DNA of 64,000 bases from Candidatus Nomurabacteria bacterium (GTDB taxonomy: Bacteria; Patescibacteriota; Minisyncoccia; Phycocordibacterales; UBA9973): positions 17,453 to 81,452 of the forward strand of contig JBPOHU010000003.1 in the NCBI GenBank assembly GCA_052035195.1, read 5' to 3'. Below are positions 29,648-39,226 of this stretch, one piece after another. The translations under genes and the position numbers were made by a program. The notes beneath the pieces are model-generated. The model saw only the letters and a list, made by a program, of their open reading frames with translations. It ran no database searches and had not been told where the DNA came from. How positions within the stretch are numbered: the stretch's first letter is position 1; each line of letters begins with the position of its first letter.

Positions 29648-30325
29648 ATGATTGAAATAAAAAACCTAACAAAAGAATTTTCAAGTGGAGACTCAAAACT
29701 TATTGCTGTAAATAATGTGTCTCTTAATATTCCAGAAGGACAGTTTGTTTCTATTACAGGTAGATCGGGTAGTGGTAAAAGTACTCTTTTGTATCAACTA
29801 GGACTACTAGACCATCCAACAAGTGGTGAAGTTTATATAGACGGAGTGAACGCTACAGCTCTCTCAGAAAATGATCAGACTCGCATGCGACTTCATGCTC
29901 TCGGATATATTTTCCAAGACTATGCTATTTTACCAAGTCTTACAGCACTTGAAAATGTCATGGTCCCTCTTTTGATGCAAGGTCTTAGTGAGAAAGTTGC
30001 TAAAGAAAAATCAGAAAAAGCCTTGGTGCGTGTTGGGCTTGGAGATCGAATGAATAATCTGCCTAGTCAACTCTCTGGTGGACAACAACAACGTGTTTCT
30101 ATTGCTAGAGCAATAGGGCATGACCCTAAGATAGTTTTTGCTGATGAACCAACAGCTAACCTGGACTCAGAAACATCACGAACTGTTTTGGATGCCTTTT
30201 TGGAACTTAACAAAGAAGGTCAAACTATAGTTATGGTAACGCATGAACCAGAATACGCACATCTAACTCATAGAATTATAGAACTCCGAGACGGTATTGT
30301 TGTTAGTGATGAGATGAATAAATAA
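29648..30325 (+). CDS. ABC transporter ATPase (LolD/MacB-like)
   Basis: GRSGSGKST, LSGGQQQRV and DEPTANLD motifs. Confidence 0.96.
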   Translation: MIEIKNLTKEFSSGDSKLIAVNNVSLNIPEGQFVSITGRSGSGKSTLLYQLGLLDHPTSGEVYIDGVNATALSENDQTRMRLHALGYIFQDYAILPSLTALENVMVPLLMQGLSEKVAKEKSEKALVRVGLGDRMNNLPSQLSGGQQQRVSIARAIGHDPKIVFADEPTANLDSETSRTVLDAFLELNKEGQTIVMVTHEPEYAHLTHRIIELRDGIVVSDEMNK

Positions 30326-30335
30326 AAAACCTCTG

Positions 30336-30668
30336 CTAAAATAATGCAGAGGGAAGTACTATGTTATTCGGACTAAGAGTTCTCTGGAGTACACTTTTTA
30401 AGTAATGCTCGACGCTGTCATCGTAAGAGGTCACACTCGGTGTTTTTAGTTTATTTTTTTGACTTTTAATATAATCAATAAAACTAATTTCTCTGGAATG
30501 ATACTTAATTTTTTTTGAGATGTCGGTGGTTATGTTGTTGTAAACAATATACCAGACCAGTGTTTCTGTGATAATCTCTCGTTTTTCACATACAATTAAA
30601 AAGTTAGCCTTGCCGGTTTTTAATTCAGCGGTTATTTCAAAATACTTTTTCTTCATGGTATTTTTCAT
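30336..30668 (-). CDS. Hypothetical protein (ORFan-like)
   Basis: 110 aa; TTGACA on the minus strand at ~30706-30711. Confidence 0.55.
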   Translation of the reverse strand: MKNTMKKKYFEITAELKTGKANFLIVCEKREIITETLVWYIVYNNITTDISKKIKYHSREISFIDYIKSQKNKLKTPSVTSYDDSVEHYLKSVLQRTLSPNNIVLPSALF

Positions 30669-30750
30669 GATATTTTTTTCTTTACTTTACACTAAAACGT
30701 ATCTATGTCAAAAAATATTGATGAAAACACTTTGGGGTATAATATAAGTC

Positions 30751-31527
30751 ATGCAAACATTCATAGAAAAAAACCAAAAATTAGTACTTATTATTAGTAT
30801 TTTATTAGGATTATTCTTGCTCGCTAGCACTATCAAAGTTATGCGAGAGAGTAGATTTGTTGGTTCAGGACTGAACGCTACAAATACTATTTCTGTGACA
30901 GGACAAGGAAAGATAGAGAAGTCTCCAGATACTGCCAAGATTGCTTTTTCAGTTCGAGTAGAAAAGAAAGTTTTGAAAGAAGCTCAAGATGAAGTAAGTA
31001 CAAAGATTGATGCTGTTAAAAAAGATCTTTTGGCTACAGGTATCGAAGATAAATACATAAAGACAGATAGTTATACTTCATATCCTCAGTACGATTATTC
31101 TCGTTGTTATGCAAGTATTTGTCCTCCTACAAATTCAACACTTCGAGGTTATGAAGTTTCTCACTCTATAACAGTTTCTGTTAAAGATCTTGAAAAAGTA
31201 GACGCTGTTATGGGTGTTCTAGGGAAAGCAGGAGTTACAGATATAAGCGGTCCAAACTTTGGTTTTGAAGATGATAAACTCGTTGCTCGTGAAGCTCGTG
31301 ACGCTGCTATAGTAGACGCAAAGGCAGAGGCTGATAAGCTAGCTAAAAGTCTAGGTGTAAAAATAGTGCGCATAGTTTCTTTCTCTGAAAGTGGTTCTGG
31401 ATATCCTATGCCTATGTACGCTAGAGATATGGTAGTAGGTGCTAAGGCAGAGTCTACAGACCCTGTTATTCCAGTAGGAGTACAAAAAGTAGAATCAAAT
31501 GTAACTATTGTTTACGAAATACGCTAA
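30751..31527 (+). CDS. SIMPL (DUF541) domain protein
   Basis: ISVTGQG...PD and AR.AAI.DAK..A..LAK.LGV motifs. Confidence 0.92.
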   Translation: MQTFIEKNQKLVLIISILLGLFLLASTIKVMRESRFVGSGLNATNTISVTGQGKIEKSPDTAKIAFSVRVEKKVLKEAQDEVSTKIDAVKKDLLATGIEDKYIKTDSYTSYPQYDYSRCYASICPPTNSTLRGYEVSHSITVSVKDLEKVDAVMGVLGKAGVTDISGPNFGFEDDKLVAREARDAAIVDAKAEADKLAKSLGVKIVRIVSFSESGSGYPMPMYARDMVVGAKAESTDPVIPVGVQKVESNVTIVYEIR

Positions 31528-31624
31528 AAACTAAATAGTTTTTACTGGTTGACTAAAAACGTCCTATAAGGTATTATAGAAAAGTAATGCCTTCCGGGGC
31601 GTTTTTTAGTAACCGCAAAAATAT

Positions 31625-31804
31625 ATGAAAATCACACAATTTTTAAAAGAAACAAAAGGGGAGTTAAAACAAGTATCTTGGCCATCACGCCGAAGACTGA
31701 TTATTTACACTGTGGTCGTTATTATTTTTTCATTAGCACTCGGATATCTTCTTGGAGCATTTGATACGCTATTCCAAGCAGGGCTTCGAAGTCTCATCTA
31801 CTAA
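31625..31804 (+). CDS. secE: Preprotein translocase subunit SecE
   Basis: 59 aa; FLKETKGELKQVSWPS plus a TM helix; upstream of nusG; below the track cutoff. Confidence 0.93.
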   Translation: MKITQFLKETKGELKQVSWPSRRRLIIYTVVVIIFSLALGYLLGAFDTLFQAGLRSLIY

Positions 31805-31873
31805 CCCGCCAAAATTTTGGTTAAGGCTTTAGTTTAAATAATAATTATAAGAAAAATTTAGGAGGGTAAATAT

Positions 31874-32422
31874 ATGTCAAAACAAGAACAAACAGGAGTA
31901 CGACACTGGTACGCTATTCATACTTATTCAGGATATGAAAATGCTGTGCTTCGTAATCTTAAGCAACGTATAGAAAGTCTAGGTGTTGGAGACAAAATCT
32001 TTAACGTAGTTGTCCCTACTGAAAAGAAAATAAAAATCAAAGGAGGAAAACGTGTAGAAGTAGAAGAGAAGGTTTATCCCGGTTATGTTTTGGTAGATAT
32101 GATTGTGACAGATGATTCATGGTTTGTGGTTCGAAATACTCCTCGAGTAACAGGGTTCGTAGGTGCAGGTGTTACTCCTGTTCCTCTTACACAAAAAGAG
32201 ATTGACTATCTACTCGGACAAATGAGTGAAGAGCATACAGCTAAGCACAACATTGACCTTGAGGTTGGCGAAACTATTATCATCAACGATGGTCCATTCA
32301 AGGAGCTTGAAGGAGCAGTAAGCGAAGTTGATAGAGAGCGAGGTAAGGTCAAGGTGATGGTATCTCTCTTCGGACGAGAAACTCCAGTCGAACTTGACTT
32401 TTTGCAGGTTAAAAAGCTCTAA
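31874..32422 (+). CDS. nusG: Transcription factor NusG
   Basis: WYAIHTYSGYE, YPGYVLV and KOW motif. Confidence 0.98.
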   Translation: MSKQEQTGVRHWYAIHTYSGYENAVLRNLKQRIESLGVGDKIFNVVVPTEKKIKIKGGKRVEVEEKVYPGYVLVDMIVTDDSWFVVRNTPRVTGFVGAGVTPVPLTQKEIDYLLGQMSEEHTAKHNIDLEVGETIIINDGPFKELEGAVSEVDRERGKVKVMVSLFGRETPVELDFLQVKKL

Positions 32423-32498
32423 TTTACAAATTCACAATTTCTGGTAGAATGCTCTCGTTACGCTATTGCTTCTACTTAGCACTAACACATAGAAAAAT

Positions 32499-32924
32499 AT
32501 GGCAAAAAATATAACTAAAAAAATTAAGGTTCAAGCTATGGGGGGAGCCGCAACTCCAGCTCCACCGCTTGGTCCTGCTCTTGGACAAGCAGGCGTAAAC
32601 ATTTCTGATTTCGTTCAGAAATTTAACGCCGCAACTCAAGATCAAAAAGGCGAGAAGCTTGGTGTTAAAATCACTGTTTACGAAGATCGCTCTTATGACT
32701 TCGTAGTGACTACTCCGCCAGTTGCAGACCTACTCTTTAAAGCAGCAGGAATAGCAAAAGGTTCTGGAAAGCCTCGAACTTCAAAAGCAGGTAAGATAAC
32801 AAAAGCACAACTTCAGCAAATAGCAGAGCGCAAAATGCCTGACTTAAATGCAAATGATATCGAAGCGGCAATGAAAATCGTTGCAGGTTCAGCACGAAGT
32901 GCCGGTATCGAAATCGTTGGTTAA
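32499..32924 (+). CDS. rplK: 50S ribosomal protein L11
   Basis: ATPAPPLGPALGQ and KMPDLNA motifs. Confidence 0.98.
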   Translation: MAKNITKKIKVQAMGGAATPAPPLGPALGQAGVNISDFVQKFNAATQDQKGEKLGVKITVYEDRSYDFVVTTPPVADLLFKAAGIAKGSGKPRTSKAGKITKAQLQQIAERKMPDLNANDIEAAMKIVAGSARSAGIEIVG

Positions 32925-32940
32925 TCTCAATATATAAAAA

Positions 32941-32969
32941 CCCCACTTCGCATAAAGCTACGCGGGGCA
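32941..32969 (+). repeat. REP-like short palindromic element
   Basis: ccccacttcgcataaagctacgcggggca, near-copy of 21453-21481. Confidence 0.75.
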
Positions 32970-33052
32970 AGAAAAAATCCCTCACCTCTACGGTGGGGGA
33001 TTTTTGTTTTGTCTATCAAAAATAAAAAACCCGCATTTGCGGGCTTTGTTTT

Positions 33053-33910
33053 TTATACTGCAACAGGAGCTTTAATCCCCGGATGGGATTGATAGTTTTG
33101 AAGTGTAAAGTCTTCATACTTGAAACTAAAGATATCTTTCACTTCTGGATTGATATGCATCTGAGGTAGAGGAAAAGGTTCCCGTTTTAACTGTGTCATA
33201 ACTTGTTCGAAGTGGTTATTGTAGATATGTACGTCACCGAAAGTATGTACAAAATCTCCAATTTTCAGATTGCATACCTGTGCAATCATCATCGTTAACA
33301 ATGCATAAGAAGCAATGTTAAATGGAACACCCAGGAATACATCAGCACTTCGTTGATAGAGCTGGCAACTGAGTTTTCCATTTGCCACATAAAATTGGAA
33401 CATACAATGACATGGAGCTAACGCCATTTTTGGCAGGTCGGCTACATTCCAGGCGTTTACTATCAACCGCCGACTGTCTGGATTTTTCTTGATTTGATTT
33501 ATCAAATCATTAATTTGGTCAATAGATTTTTTCTCCCAGTGTTCTGGCACTATTTCAGTTTCAAAACCACCACCTACAGGAGTTGCTGGAACAAAAACAA
33601 TATTTTCCCAGCTACGCCATTGTTTGCCGTACACCGGCCCCAGATCGCCGTTTTCATTTGCCCACTCATCCCATATATTTACACCGTTTTCTTTCAGAAA
33701 AGCGATATTGGTATCGCCTTTCAAAAACCAGAGCAGTTCATAGATGATACTTTTGAGGTGGACCTTTTTAGTGGTTACTAGTGGAAAGCCCTTAGAAAGG
33801 TCAAAGCGCATTTGATAACCAAACACGCTTTGTGTTCCGGTTCCAGTCCTGTCACTTTTATCAGTGCCTGTTTCAAGGATGTGTCTGAGCAAGTTTAAAT
33901 AATTTCGCAT
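33053..33910 (-). CDS. thyA: Thymidylate synthase
   Basis: DRTGTGT, MALAPCH and [14 protein letters not shown] motifs. Confidence 0.98.
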   Translation of the reverse strand: MRNYLNLLRHILETGTDKSDRTGTGTQSVFGYQMRFDLSKGFPLVTTKKVHLKSIIYELLWFLKGDTNIAFLKENGVNIWDEWANENGDLGPVYGKQWRSWENIVFVPATPVGGGFETEIVPEHWEKKSIDQINDLINQIKKNPDSRRLIVNAWNVADLPKMALAPCHCMFQFYVANGKLSCQLYQRSADVFLGVPFNIASYALLTMMIAQVCNLKIGDFVHTFGDVHIYNNHFEQVMTQLKREPFPLPQMHINPEVKDIFSFKYEDFTLQNYQSHPGIKAPVAV

Positions 33911-34019
33911 ATTATTCGTTTTTTTAATGAAGAATCTGTTTCTGATATTAGGTTAACCTAAAGGAAGGGAAAGTCAAAGAGAAAGATGATTTATTCCTTA
34001 AAAATGCTAGAATCGTCAT

Positions 34020-35729
34020 ATGTTAAAAGCACTAGAACAGGGGATTAAAAAAGTAGTAGAGGAGCTCGGCCTGCCTGAGGTGACTTTTTCTCTTGAGCAC
34101 CCAAAGGAGCTCTCTCATGGAGACTATATGACCAATGTAGCCCTGATTGTAGGTAAACAAGAAAATAAAAACCCTATAGAGCTCGCAGGAACTATTGCTA
34201 AAAATCTAAAAAACCAAAATATCGAAGGAGTAGAAAGTATTGAAGTAGCAGGCCCAGGATTTATAAACTTCACACTCAAGCGACAAGTGTTTGTTAAAGG
34301 GTTAGTTGGTGCACAAGATAGTGAGTGGGGTAACACTGATGTATACGCGAACAAAAAGATTTTGATAGAACACTCAAGTCCAAACCTTTTCAAACCATTT
34401 CACATTGGACACTTGATGAACAACACAATCGGTGAAGCTCTCTATCGACTAGCGAAATCTTCTGGTGCACATGCAACTCCTATTTCTTTCCCATCTGACA
34501 TTTCTCTTGGTGTAGCAAAAGCGATTTATATTCTTCTTGAAAAATACGGAGAAGACTTTGTGCCGACTGATGTCTCAGTGCTCGGGGATGCTTATGTCGA
34601 AGGTGTAAGAAAATACCAAGAAGCAGAAGAAGAACAACCATGTGGAAGTATTGTGTATCGAGTGAAAGAAATCGCTGATAATTTATATGCACAAAAAGAT
34701 TCTCCAGAATTTACACTTTTTAATGCATGTAAAAAGTTAAATATTGCATATTTTGAATCAATTTTAAAAAACCTAGGATCTCACTTTGATTCATATATAT
34801 ATGAAAGTGAGGTCGGAGATGATGGAAAAAGAATTGTATTAGAAAATACTCCAAAGATATTCACTGAAAGTGAAGGAGCGGTTGTGTATATTCCAGAAGA
34901 GGGTAGCAAGCTCCATACCGCTGTCTTTATCAACAGCCAAGGAAATCCTACATATGAAGCAAAGGATATCGGTCTTCTTGATTTGAAATTCTCTCGTTAT
35001 CAACCAGATATTTCTATTACTGTCACTGACAATCAACAAACCTCACACTTCCAAGTAGTAGTAGATGCGGCTGGAAAAATAAATCCCGCATGGCAAAACA
35101 ATAGTGTGCACCGAAGTCACGGTCGCATGAGTTTCAAAGGCTCTAAGATGTCTTCTCGTCTAGGCAACGTGCCTCTCGTTGAAGATATCCTCTCTACTGT
35201 TTCAGAAGAGGTAAAAGAGAAAAATCCTGATGTGTCTGAAGAGGTAGCAAAACAGGTCTCTATCGCTGCTATTAAGTTTGCTATCCTTCGTACACAAGCT
35301 GGCAAGGATATAAATTTTGATCCCGATACTTCACTTTCATTCGAAGGGGATAGTGGTCCTTATCTGCAATATACCGCAGTACGAGCCGGAGCTCTTCTTG
35401 AGAAAGGGAAAGCTTTGGGTATCACTCCAAACACTGATACTCCTGTAGCAGGCCTGCCTGCGCAGGCAGGTGCAGAGACACTTGAGAGATTGATTGCTCG
35501 CTTCGTAGAGGTGGCAGGAGAAGCACAAAAGTCATGGGCACCACACTATGTAGTCTCATACCTTCTCGAGCTCGCACAAGCCTTCAACTCCTGGTATGGT
35601 CAAGGCAAGATTGTAGATGCGGAAGATGTGTCAGGTACAGCCTACCGCCTTTCTGTGGTTGCAGCAGCCCGCCAGACCCTCATAAACGGCCTCTGGGTCC
35701 TGGGTATTGAAACTCCTGAGAAGATGTAA
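34020..35729 (+). CDS. argS: Arginyl-tRNA synthetase
   Basis: HGDYMTN, PFHIGH, KMSSR and GPYLQY motifs. Confidence 0.97.
   Translation: MLKALEQGIKKVVEELGLPEVTFSLEHPKELSHGDYMTNVALIVGKQENKNPIELAGTIAKNLKNQNIEGVESIEVAGPGFINFTLKRQVFVKGLVGAQDSEWGNTDVYANKKILIEHSSPNLFKPFHIGHLMNNTIGEALYRLAKSSGAHATPISFPSDISLGVAKAIYILLEKYGEDFVPTDVSVLGDAYVEGVRKYQEAEEEQPCGSIVYRVKEIADNLYAQKDSPEFTLFNACKKLNIAYFESILKNLGSHFDSYIYESEVGDDGKRIVLENTPKIFTESEGAVVYIPEEGSKLHTAVFINSQGNPTYEAKDIGLLDLKFSRYQPDISITVTDNQQTSHFQVVVDAAGKINPAWQNNSVHRSHGRMSFKGSKMSSRLGNVPLVEDILSTVSEEVKEKNPDVSEEVAKQVSIAAIKFAILRTQAGKDINFDPDTSLSFEGDSGPYLQYTAVRAGALLEKGKALGITPNTDTPVAGLPAQAGAETLERLIARFVEVAGEAQKSWAPHYVVSYLLELAQAFNSWYGQGKIVDAEDVSGTAYRLSVVAAARQTLINGLWVLGIETPEKM
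35453..35470. repeat. Perfect 18-bp GC-rich palindrome in frame within argS
   Basis: cctgcctgcgcaggcagg, encoding LPAQAG. Confidence 0.8.
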
Positions 35730-35799
35730 TTGACTTTTTTGTACTTAGTGGTAATATCCACGCAAAGCAATTTTGCAAAAAAAACTAAAATAATTTACT

Positions 35800-36288
35800 T
35801 TGAAAAAAGAAATAGATATTTATTCAGGGGCAACGGCTACTATAAAAAAAATATTTAGCTGTGATAGAAAAGTTAACGAATGGGAGGACAAAAGAGATTT
35901 AAGACTCAAGGAATTGAGAGATATAGTAAAAACTAATATCCAGAGTCTAATTACCGATCCGGTTCATAAAAACTTCTTTAGCGTAGAAACGTTAGGAGCG
36001 CGTTCCTTAAAAGATTTTGATAAAAGCTTTCTCCAAGAAATAGTTAACCACCTAGCATTTAGGAATGGAAAGCTTGAATATGATGGTAGTTATACTACTT
36101 TTAATTTTGATAAAGAAGTACTGGAGAAATCAGGTTTTCATTTTACAGAAAGAAAAGCTAGAGAACTTGCAGCAAGTATTTCCACGGTTCTTAAGGGTGT
36201 TATGGTTGTTGAATTTTCAAATATATTTGATTCTAAGCCTGTTGATTTGGTTCAAATTATTTTTAAAGTTGACCTGATTATCGAATGA
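35800..36288 (+). CDS. Hypothetical protein, cassette 1
   Basis: 162 aa, TTG start, promoter at ~35730. Confidence 0.65.
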   Translation: MKKEIDIYSGATATIKKIFSCDRKVNEWEDKRDLRLKELRDIVKTNIQSLITDPVHKNFFSVETLGARSLKDFDKSFLQEIVNHLAFRNGKLEYDGSYTTFNFDKEVLEKSGFHFTERKARELAASISTVLKGVMVVEFSNIFDSKPVDLVQIIFKVDLIIE

Positions 36289-36388
36289 TTTAAGGCCGCA
36301 TTTGCGGCTTTTTTTTATTTGAGATTCACCATGGTTGGCGTGGTTGACTTCCGATTTTTTTAGTGTAGAGTTCTTTAAAATATTATTT

Positions 36389-36709
36389 ATGAACCAAGTA
36401 ATAATCAATGGTTACTCAAGAGAAGGACTTGAGGTTTTAATAAAGGAGTTAAATATTCTTTTATTAAAAAGAGAAAACCTTTTTAAGTTTTCTGGTGTCC
36501 CCAGTAAACCGCTTTCTATTAAACCAGAAATGGTCATAATCCTTCAGGACCTGCTTTCATTTGTAAATGATAACATCAGATGTGGTAGCTATAACAATCT
36601 TGACGGCTGGAAGGAAGAGTTGAACAGGATAGGTGGCCTTTTCTGGTTTAAGGTAAGAATTTATTTTAAGGATTTTCCAGTCCAGCTCAAACCTATTTTA
36701 GGCGATTAA
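36389..36709 (+). CDS. Hypothetical protein, cassette 2
   Basis: 106 aa from the ATG downstream of the TTGACT promoter. Confidence 0.6.
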   Translation: MNQVIINGYSREGLEVLIKELNILLLKRENLFKFSGVPSKPLSIKPEMVIILQDLLSFVNDNIRCGSYNNLDGWKEELNRIGGLFWFKVRIYFKDFPVQLKPILGD

Positions 36710-36790
36710 TACAAGGCCGCATTTGCGGCTTTTTTTTATTTAGGATTGACTTCCAAACCCTTTCTTGTATTATCAAGAAAAATATTTAAG

Positions 36791-37318
36791 ATGGAAAATA
36801 AAAAAAAAGATTGTCCTCTTTGTGGGGCAATAGGGGTCATTTCCCAAGAAGAGTATTCTTCTAGTACCATAACTACTCCAGCTCCGAGTGGGACTATTGG
36901 AAACTCAAGGATTGTTCATACAGGTGGTAAATGGGATTTTTCTCATTCAAAGGAATGTAAAAAACTTGAAGGCGCTTTAGACAAAGAAGGTCTTTTGCGT
37001 TTCCATTTGGACAAGCTTGAGGTGTGGCATGCAGACACAAAATCTTTCGAAGATTATAATGATTTGCTGGGTACAAAGAATTTAAAAATTATACCTTATG
37101 CAAAGAGAGAAGAAGGTCGTTGGCTTTATCAGGTTTGTATTCAAGAAATCTACGGCCACCATAGAAAGGAATTGTTTACAAAGGGCAGAGATTTTGATGG
37201 TGCATTTTTTAACCTCAGGCACCGGCTTCTTTGTGGAGAAATTATTGAATTTGACTCCCAGAATAAATTTCAGGTCTTAGAGACGGAATCAAATCCAGAA
37301 ATTTTTCAAATATTTTAG
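36791..37318 (+). CDS. Hypothetical protein with N-terminal CxxC, cassette 3
   Basis: 175 aa; CPLCG...H...C. Confidence 0.65.
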   Translation: MENKKKDCPLCGAIGVISQEEYSSSTITTPAPSGTIGNSRIVHTGGKWDFSHSKECKKLEGALDKEGLLRFHLDKLEVWHADTKSFEDYNDLLGTKNLKIIPYAKREEGRWLYQVCIQEIYGHHRKELFTKGRDFDGAFFNLRHRLLCGEIIEFDSQNKFQVLETESNPEIFQIF

Positions 37319-37404
37319 GAATCCCAAGGCCGCATTTGCGGCTTTTTTTATTTAGGATTGACTTCCAAAACCTTTCTTGTATTATCAAGAAAAACTATTA
37401 GCAA

Positions 37405-37893
37405 ATGAAAACAATAAAAGAGGCGTTTCTTGTCCTTGTGAAAAAGTACAAGCCGAGAATCTCGGGGCGATTTATTTTTGGGTTTAATCTGCTCGATATA
37501 GATGCTCGAGTAATTCACACCAAAGAATGTTCTGTTTCAGTTTTTTTCTGCGAACTTTTTCTTCGTTCCGGAGGCTACTCTGAAAATGGAGCATCAATTG
37601 TTATTTTCCGAGGTATTATTCCTAACGGGTCGATTTTGGAGGATCCTATTTTGGATATAGAAGATGTTCTTTGTTATATATACAAAGACAGAAACAATGA
37701 GAGTAGGATCGATTGGTGTTTAAAGTCAGAAGTTCTTACTTTTTCTTTAAAAGACACCCCGATAAACCCCTTAAAAAACATTTCACAAAGAGAGGAGGTT
37801 ATTGTTTCTAAGATCATTTGGAAACTCCAAAAACAGCTTTCAAATACGCCAAAAGGGATAGTTCCTTTTCTAAAGAGATTGTTCAAAGATTAA
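37405..37893 (+). CDS. Hypothetical protein, cassette 4
   Basis: 162 aa ORF between repeats. Confidence 0.65.
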   Translation: MKTIKEAFLVLVKKYKPRISGRFIFGFNLLDIDARVIHTKECSVSVFFCELFLRSGGYSENGASIVIFRGIIPNGSILEDPILDIEDVLCYIYKDRNNESRIDWCLKSEVLTFSLKDTPINPLKNISQREEVIVSKIIWKLQKQLSNTPKGIVPFLKRLFKD

Positions 37894-37940
37894 AAAGTCG
37901 CATTTGCGGCTTTTTTTATTTGAGAGTAGTATAAAGACCT

Positions 37941-38525
37941 ATGACACACCCAAAAGAAGAAAAAACATATGTAATGATTAAGCCTGATGGAGTTCAGAAA
38001 GGTTTGATAGGAGAGATTATTAAGCGTTTTGAACAAAGAGATCTTAAGATTGTGGCGCTTGAAATGTTCATGCCTACAGCCGATATGATAGATAGTCACT
38101 ATCCAAAAGATGAGGCTTGGATAACTCGTCTAGGAAGTAAGACTTTGGCTACTTATGAAAAGTACAATATGGATGCTATGGCTGATTATGGAACTACTGA
38201 CCCTTCTGTTATTGGTCCAAATATTAGAAAATGGATTTTGGACTATATGACCTCAGCTCCACTTGTAAAAATGGTTGTACAAGGTGTTCATGCTGTTGAT
38301 ACTGTTAGAAAAATAGCAGGTGTTACTATGCCATATTTAGCAGATATGGGAACAATAAGAGGGGATTTTTCTGTTGATAGTCCTGCTCTTGCCAATAAAG
38401 AAAAAAGACCTGTTATGAACATCGTTCATGCATCTGAAACTCCAGAGGAAGCAATGCACGAAATAAAGTATTGGTTTGGTGATAAGGAATTGATGAACTA
38501 CAAGCGTCATGGAGTAGATTTCTAA
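37941..38525 (+). CDS. ndk: Nucleoside diphosphate kinase
   Basis: MIKPDGVQ, GTIRGDF and NIVHAS motifs. Confidence 0.96.
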   Translation: MTHPKEEKTYVMIKPDGVQKGLIGEIIKRFEQRDLKIVALEMFMPTADMIDSHYPKDEAWITRLGSKTLATYEKYNMDAMADYGTTDPSVIGPNIRKWILDYMTSAPLVKMVVQGVHAVDTVRKIAGVTMPYLADMGTIRGDFSVDSPALANKEKRPVMNIVHASETPEEAMHEIKYWFGDKELMNYKRHGVDF

Positions 38526-38591
38526 TCAACTCGACAGCACTTTTTTTCTCTGTCTATATTGTGCAAAGCAGGGAGAAGGCTATAATGAAAG

Positions 38592-38748
38592 TACGGCTAT
38601 TTAAAATTAGTACCTAGAACAATATTCTTTGGGGACATTGCGTGGTGTTATGAAGAACCAGAATTTTATTTATAATCTTTTGATGCTTCTAGTGCCCAGA
38701 TATCCCACTTGGCGTTTACGCTAAGGTACTAATTTTCAAATAGCCGTA
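38592..38748 (+). ncRNA. Rod-shaped ncRNA, probably 6S RNA
   Basis: TATAAT at 38581; ~24-bp closing stem, central bubble, inner stem; terminator at 38751-38776. Confidence 0.55.
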
Positions 38749-38809
38749 AGAAAAATCCGCCCTAGGGCGGATTTTTCTATTTTTCTTTTATTGTGAGATA
38801 ATCCTCCAT

Positions 38810-39226
38810 ATGAGTAAAAGACTTCTTTTATCAGCATGCGTTCTAATATTTTTTATTTGGGCTATAAATAGCTTGGCCAATATGTTTTATTGGTATAGCG
38901 CTATGTGGTGGTTTGATATTCCAATGCACATTTTAGGAGGAGCTTTCTTGGCTTTACTATTGGGGGCAATATTTTTTAAAAAAATAGTTTCTTTAAATAA
39001 AAAAGAAATCCTAATAACTATTTTATTAGGTGTTGTTATTGTCGGAGCGGGGTGGGAAGTATTTGAATATGTAGTTCAACATATGATCAAAGGTCTTCCT
39101 CTTGCAAACTTTCCTGATTCTATAAAAGATATGTTGATGGATATTATAGGAGGATTTTTGGCATCATTTTTTGTATTAAAGGCTGTTAAGCGGTACAATA
39201 CAAGTCATGCAATCACAAATCTCTAA
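38810..39226 (+). CDS. Membrane protein (VanZ/DUF2238-like)
   Basis: WFDIPMHILGG, WEVFEY and DSIKDMLMD motifs. Confidence 0.8.
   Translation: MSKRLLLSACVLIFFIWAINSLANMFYWYSAMWWFDIPMHILGGAFLALLLGAIFFKKIVSLNKKEILITILLGVVIVGAGWEVFEYVVQHMIKGLPLANFPDSIKDMLMDIIGGFLASFFVLKAVKRYNTSHAITNL

Larger units (their letters stand above)
36292..37925 (+). repeat. Four copies of a terminator(-promoter) unit separating ORFan genes
   Basis: aaggccgcatttgcggcT(7-8)attt at 36292, 36713, 37326 and a variant at 37895; 36713-36782 and 37326-37394 are near-identical over ~69 bp. Confidence 0.9.

Noticed and set aside
36292-37925. CRISPR array or canonical integron
   Set aside because: The spacers are whole genes, the repeats lack attC RYYYAAC/GTTRRRY ends, and no integrase is present.
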